Shown here: positions 60,915 to 64,000 of the stretch, piece by piece
How positions within the stretch are numbered: position 1 is the stretch's first letter
Layout: the number at the start of each line of letters is the position of its first letter
Position numbers and translations under genes: made by a program
NCBI GenBank assembly: GCA_000182565.2
Contig: KQ257467.1
DNA length: 64,000 bases
Reading direction: 5' to 3' (one strand)
Origin: Spizellomyces punctatus DAOM BR117
Taxonomy: Eukaryota
Notes under the pieces: generated by a model
Database searches by the model: none
What the model saw: only the letters and a program-made list of their open reading frames with translations
Told to the model about the DNA's origin: nothing

Positions 60915-63316
60915 ATGACTGCCGTTGAGCTACTCTTAGGCTCAACGTCGTCTTCTTTGTCCTCGTCTTCATACCCTCGCTCCCCCGCCACATACCCATC
61001 TCCGCCCATCGACTTTAGTTCTTATCAGAGCGGGGGACGCCCAGCAACCATAAAACCTACATCGATGACGGGCATCCCCATCCCGTCCCGTGCGGGATTC
61101 GCTGACCATACCATGCATAAAATGGAACCGACAGCTGGACTGGCGGCTTCCACTCAATATCCGTCAGGGATCCCTTCTCAAGACACTTTAGGTACAGTTT
61201 TTTTTTTTTTTTTTGTTTTGGCTTTGGCTGGTATCACACACACACAAAAGAAGCGCATGGCTTGCATATCATAAACAAGCTTGCGAGGCTGAAACTTTTA
61301 ACTGGACACTTGAGAACCCTAGCTCACCTAGCTCACTCTTGCTTTTCCGTACGCTTTCCTTTTGCAGGCGTTGATCTCTCGTCGTCCTTGGATGAAATCC
61401 TTGCATGCTTCAAAGCTGGCTTATTGTCGAGGGATGGATATGTGGCAGAGCGATCCACCATTTTGGCAACCTTTGTTGCAAAGGCCTGCATCCCAGGCAC
61501 AGATCGCATGGCCTTGCTAAAATCCCTCAAGGAAGCCTGGGATGCACGAATGTTGAGCCATGAAGAGTTTGACATTTATTCTGCCAAAGTGTTTTCGGAA
61601 TTGACTGCGTCGCCGGCAGTCGGATGGTGTAAGTTGCGAAATGTTGGCTTTCTTTGGCGATTCCCTGGAACAAGCGCTCATTCTGATTCATCTCATTTCC
61701 AGATGGCACACCAGATACTGGTAGCGTTGCTGGAAGCTTTCAGGAGATGAGCATGGCTGAGCCAAATCAGAAAAGTAGGCTTTCCCGCACGCATCATCGA
61801 CCCTCGAGTCTTGCAATGGATATTCATCTCTCATTTTTCATTTCAGATTCCAGTATGTATTATTCCATGCCACGATCCACTGCCGAAAGACATACCAACT
61901 ACGGGAGACCAAACACAGCTGCAGGCAGCGTGCAAGGCCCCATGAACGGACGGAGCATCACCACTGCGTCCCATATACCGCATTCTTACACTTCACACCA
62001 TCATCAACATCCAATGCAGCAACATCACTATGCATCCTCTCTAGACTCGAATGCCCATATTTTGTCTCAATCCGCACCTCCTGTTCATTTCACCGCCTTG
62101 CGCAACAAGCACGAAACACACCACGCCGGATCCAACTATTCGCAAAGCTACGCACGCCAATCACAGCAGCATAACCATTCTCAACACACGCAGCACCAAC
62201 AACCACATCCAGAACCGCAACGTCCTCAATATCAGACCCACATGAGGCAGGAGAGCTCCTCGCATCCCGCGACTACTCAGCAGCCCCCTCTGCCCACGAC
62301 TAAAACTAAAAAGGATTGGCGCTCAAAGAACACTGTCGACCCAGAAGTTCTCAAAACTCAAATCGAACAAATGCTTAATGCTCCTCCAGACCCTCCACCT
62401 CAAGCCGATCGGGTACCGCCCCCGCAAAATCATAGAGGTTTCGGAGCCAGTGCAAGGCAATACAATATGGACGGTTCAGCATATGTGTCTGGTATGTAAT
62501 GCCTTGACGTGCACGGTGCGATACAGATTCTCATATAACACTTTTTGTTTTCCAGAGTTTCGAAGAACCTGGCGGTGTCGATGGTGTTTATGCTCTGGGC
62601 AGTACACACCCGCACTACGCAAGGGACCATTGGGTGCAAAGACGCTTTGTAACGCATGTGGCATGTGGTATAACCGTCACGGATATCTCCCAAAAGACCG
62701 ATACCGCGAGCATGCCAACGATGATATGCACCTTGTGTCCTCGCCATCTAATGAACACCTTGCATCACAGCACCGGTCCTTGGGTGCATCGGTACCAGTT
62801 AGCTCCTCCCTTGGTGGATATATGGAAGAGAGAGCTACTGTGGTCAAGGAGGAAGAGACGCATCCTTGGGTATACAACGAGTCTGTCACCACAGCAAGCA
62901 GGATGGATACCAAAAGAGAACCTTCCCAGTTTCATTTGAATACTACCGCTGACATACCGCGTGAGGAGGTATCCCACCAAGAGTTTCTGCCTGCATCGTT
63001 GCCAACCAACAGCACCTTTATGATGCGGCACACCTCTCATCCGTCTCAGGACCAATCGAGTCATCAACGATTTCGTTCCGAGCAGCAAAAGCCCTACAAT
63101 TTCCGGCCTTTTCATCAAACATTTACACCATCCCCTCCATCAAGCGGATCGCCGCAGACACAACTGTCCTCTATAGAATTTGATATGGATCTTGATATAG
63201 ACCAGAACGCTCTCGGAACGACGAGTTCGATACCCACTGGGTTCTTTTACCAAGAATGGGACAATAGAATGGAAGACAAGGGGCATGGTTTGATAGACGT
63301 GTTTGCAGTGAGATGA
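60915..63316 (+). CDS. GATA-type zinc-finger transcription factor (multi-exon) with N-proximal SHOCT-like repeats
   Basis: CRWC-x20-CNAC finger (TPALRKGPLGAKTLCNACG); Q/H-rich regions; ORF pieces can be joined by GT-AG introns. Confidence 0.8.
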
Positions 63317-63831
63317 GCGGGTACACTTTTAGACGTTTTTTTTTGTGTAGATAGAGTTTTTGTTTACATTTGTCGTCGTCGTCTTTAGATCAGTATGTAG
63401 ATCGTCCATAGTCTTTAGAAATTTGAGAGAAAGAGCTGTAGGGCAGCCTTTCTTTTTTGCCTTGTATCTGTGTATCAATATATTTGAATGCAAACTTCAA
63501 AGATAAAAAGGTCAACCAGCCCATAACACACACAGAAAGGCCCAAAAGGCGGAACACTTCACACTCTTTTAGTCACCGTGCCGCTCTTGTTGCTATGGCA
63601 ATTGTGCACGAGTCGACTTCCATCCGGCGCGGGGGGGCGAAGGATAACGAAGGGTCGGGGGTACTTTGCTATTGTTTTTTGCCTAGCGGGTGATTTTTGG
63701 GAGATTTTATTCCTCGACTTTTTGTGGGGATACCATCTTGGTTTGGGCAACTTTTAACATTTCTATATTATCCCCTTTTTGTTTGCTTTTTTTTGGTTTC
63801 TGCATACACAATCATCACCGTATCGAAACTG

Positions 63832-64000
63832 ATGACCGAACCCACGCTGGGTATTGCTCCCCAAGCACACCATCCACCACAGCAAACCCAGGCACAACAG
63901 CATCAATCCCAACAGCAGCAGAGCTCCTCTTCTTCTCCCTTTCCTGTCACGCCGGCAGCTGCTCCGGCAGCCGGACCGGTCCCTTCCCGCGCGTCTAGCG
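63832..64000 (+). CDS. 5' end of a Q/S/P-rich protein (truncated by window edge)
   Basis: ATG 63832 MTEPTLGIAPQAHHPPQQTQAQQHQSQQQQSSSSSPF... stays open to the end of the window. Confidence 0.5.
   Translation, partial: MTEPTLGIAPQAHHPPQQTQAQQHQSQQQQSSSSSPFPVTPAAAPAAGPVPSRASS

Noticed and set aside
1..64000. tRNA, rRNA, CRISPR arrays and intact transposons
   Set aside because: No cloverleaf/T-loop, rRNA-like sequence, repeat-spacer array or intact transposase/RT ORF seen by eye; a covariance-model scan would be needed to exclude small ncRNAs.

Overview
Intron-rich eukaryotic DNA, most likely from a zoosporic (chytrid-like) fungus: it has short GT-AG introns, fungal-type URA2, Vps10, Nrg1-like and RGS genes, plus animal-like cyclin Y and flagellum-associated adenylate kinase 9. 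About 17-19 protein-coding genes can be reconstructed by manual splicing. The most unusual elements are: (1) a spliced, free-standing, divergent ubiquitin-like gene ending in ARCIGG-stop, missed by the ORF track; (2) a ~2.3 kb segment bounded by ~70 bp direct repeats that carries an intronless GH16 gene and a frameshifted kinase relic resembling giant-virus kinases; (3) an intronless His-motif protein of a family known from bacteria, next to a decayed LINE; (4) a Vps10 receptor with three tandem luminal domains; (5) an orphan gene built from a duplicated module, facing an inverted pseudogene copy of itself; (6) a strong hairpin in URA2 intron 1; (7) a GATA factor with two SHOCT-like repeats. 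All calls come from reading motifs by eye; no searches were run.
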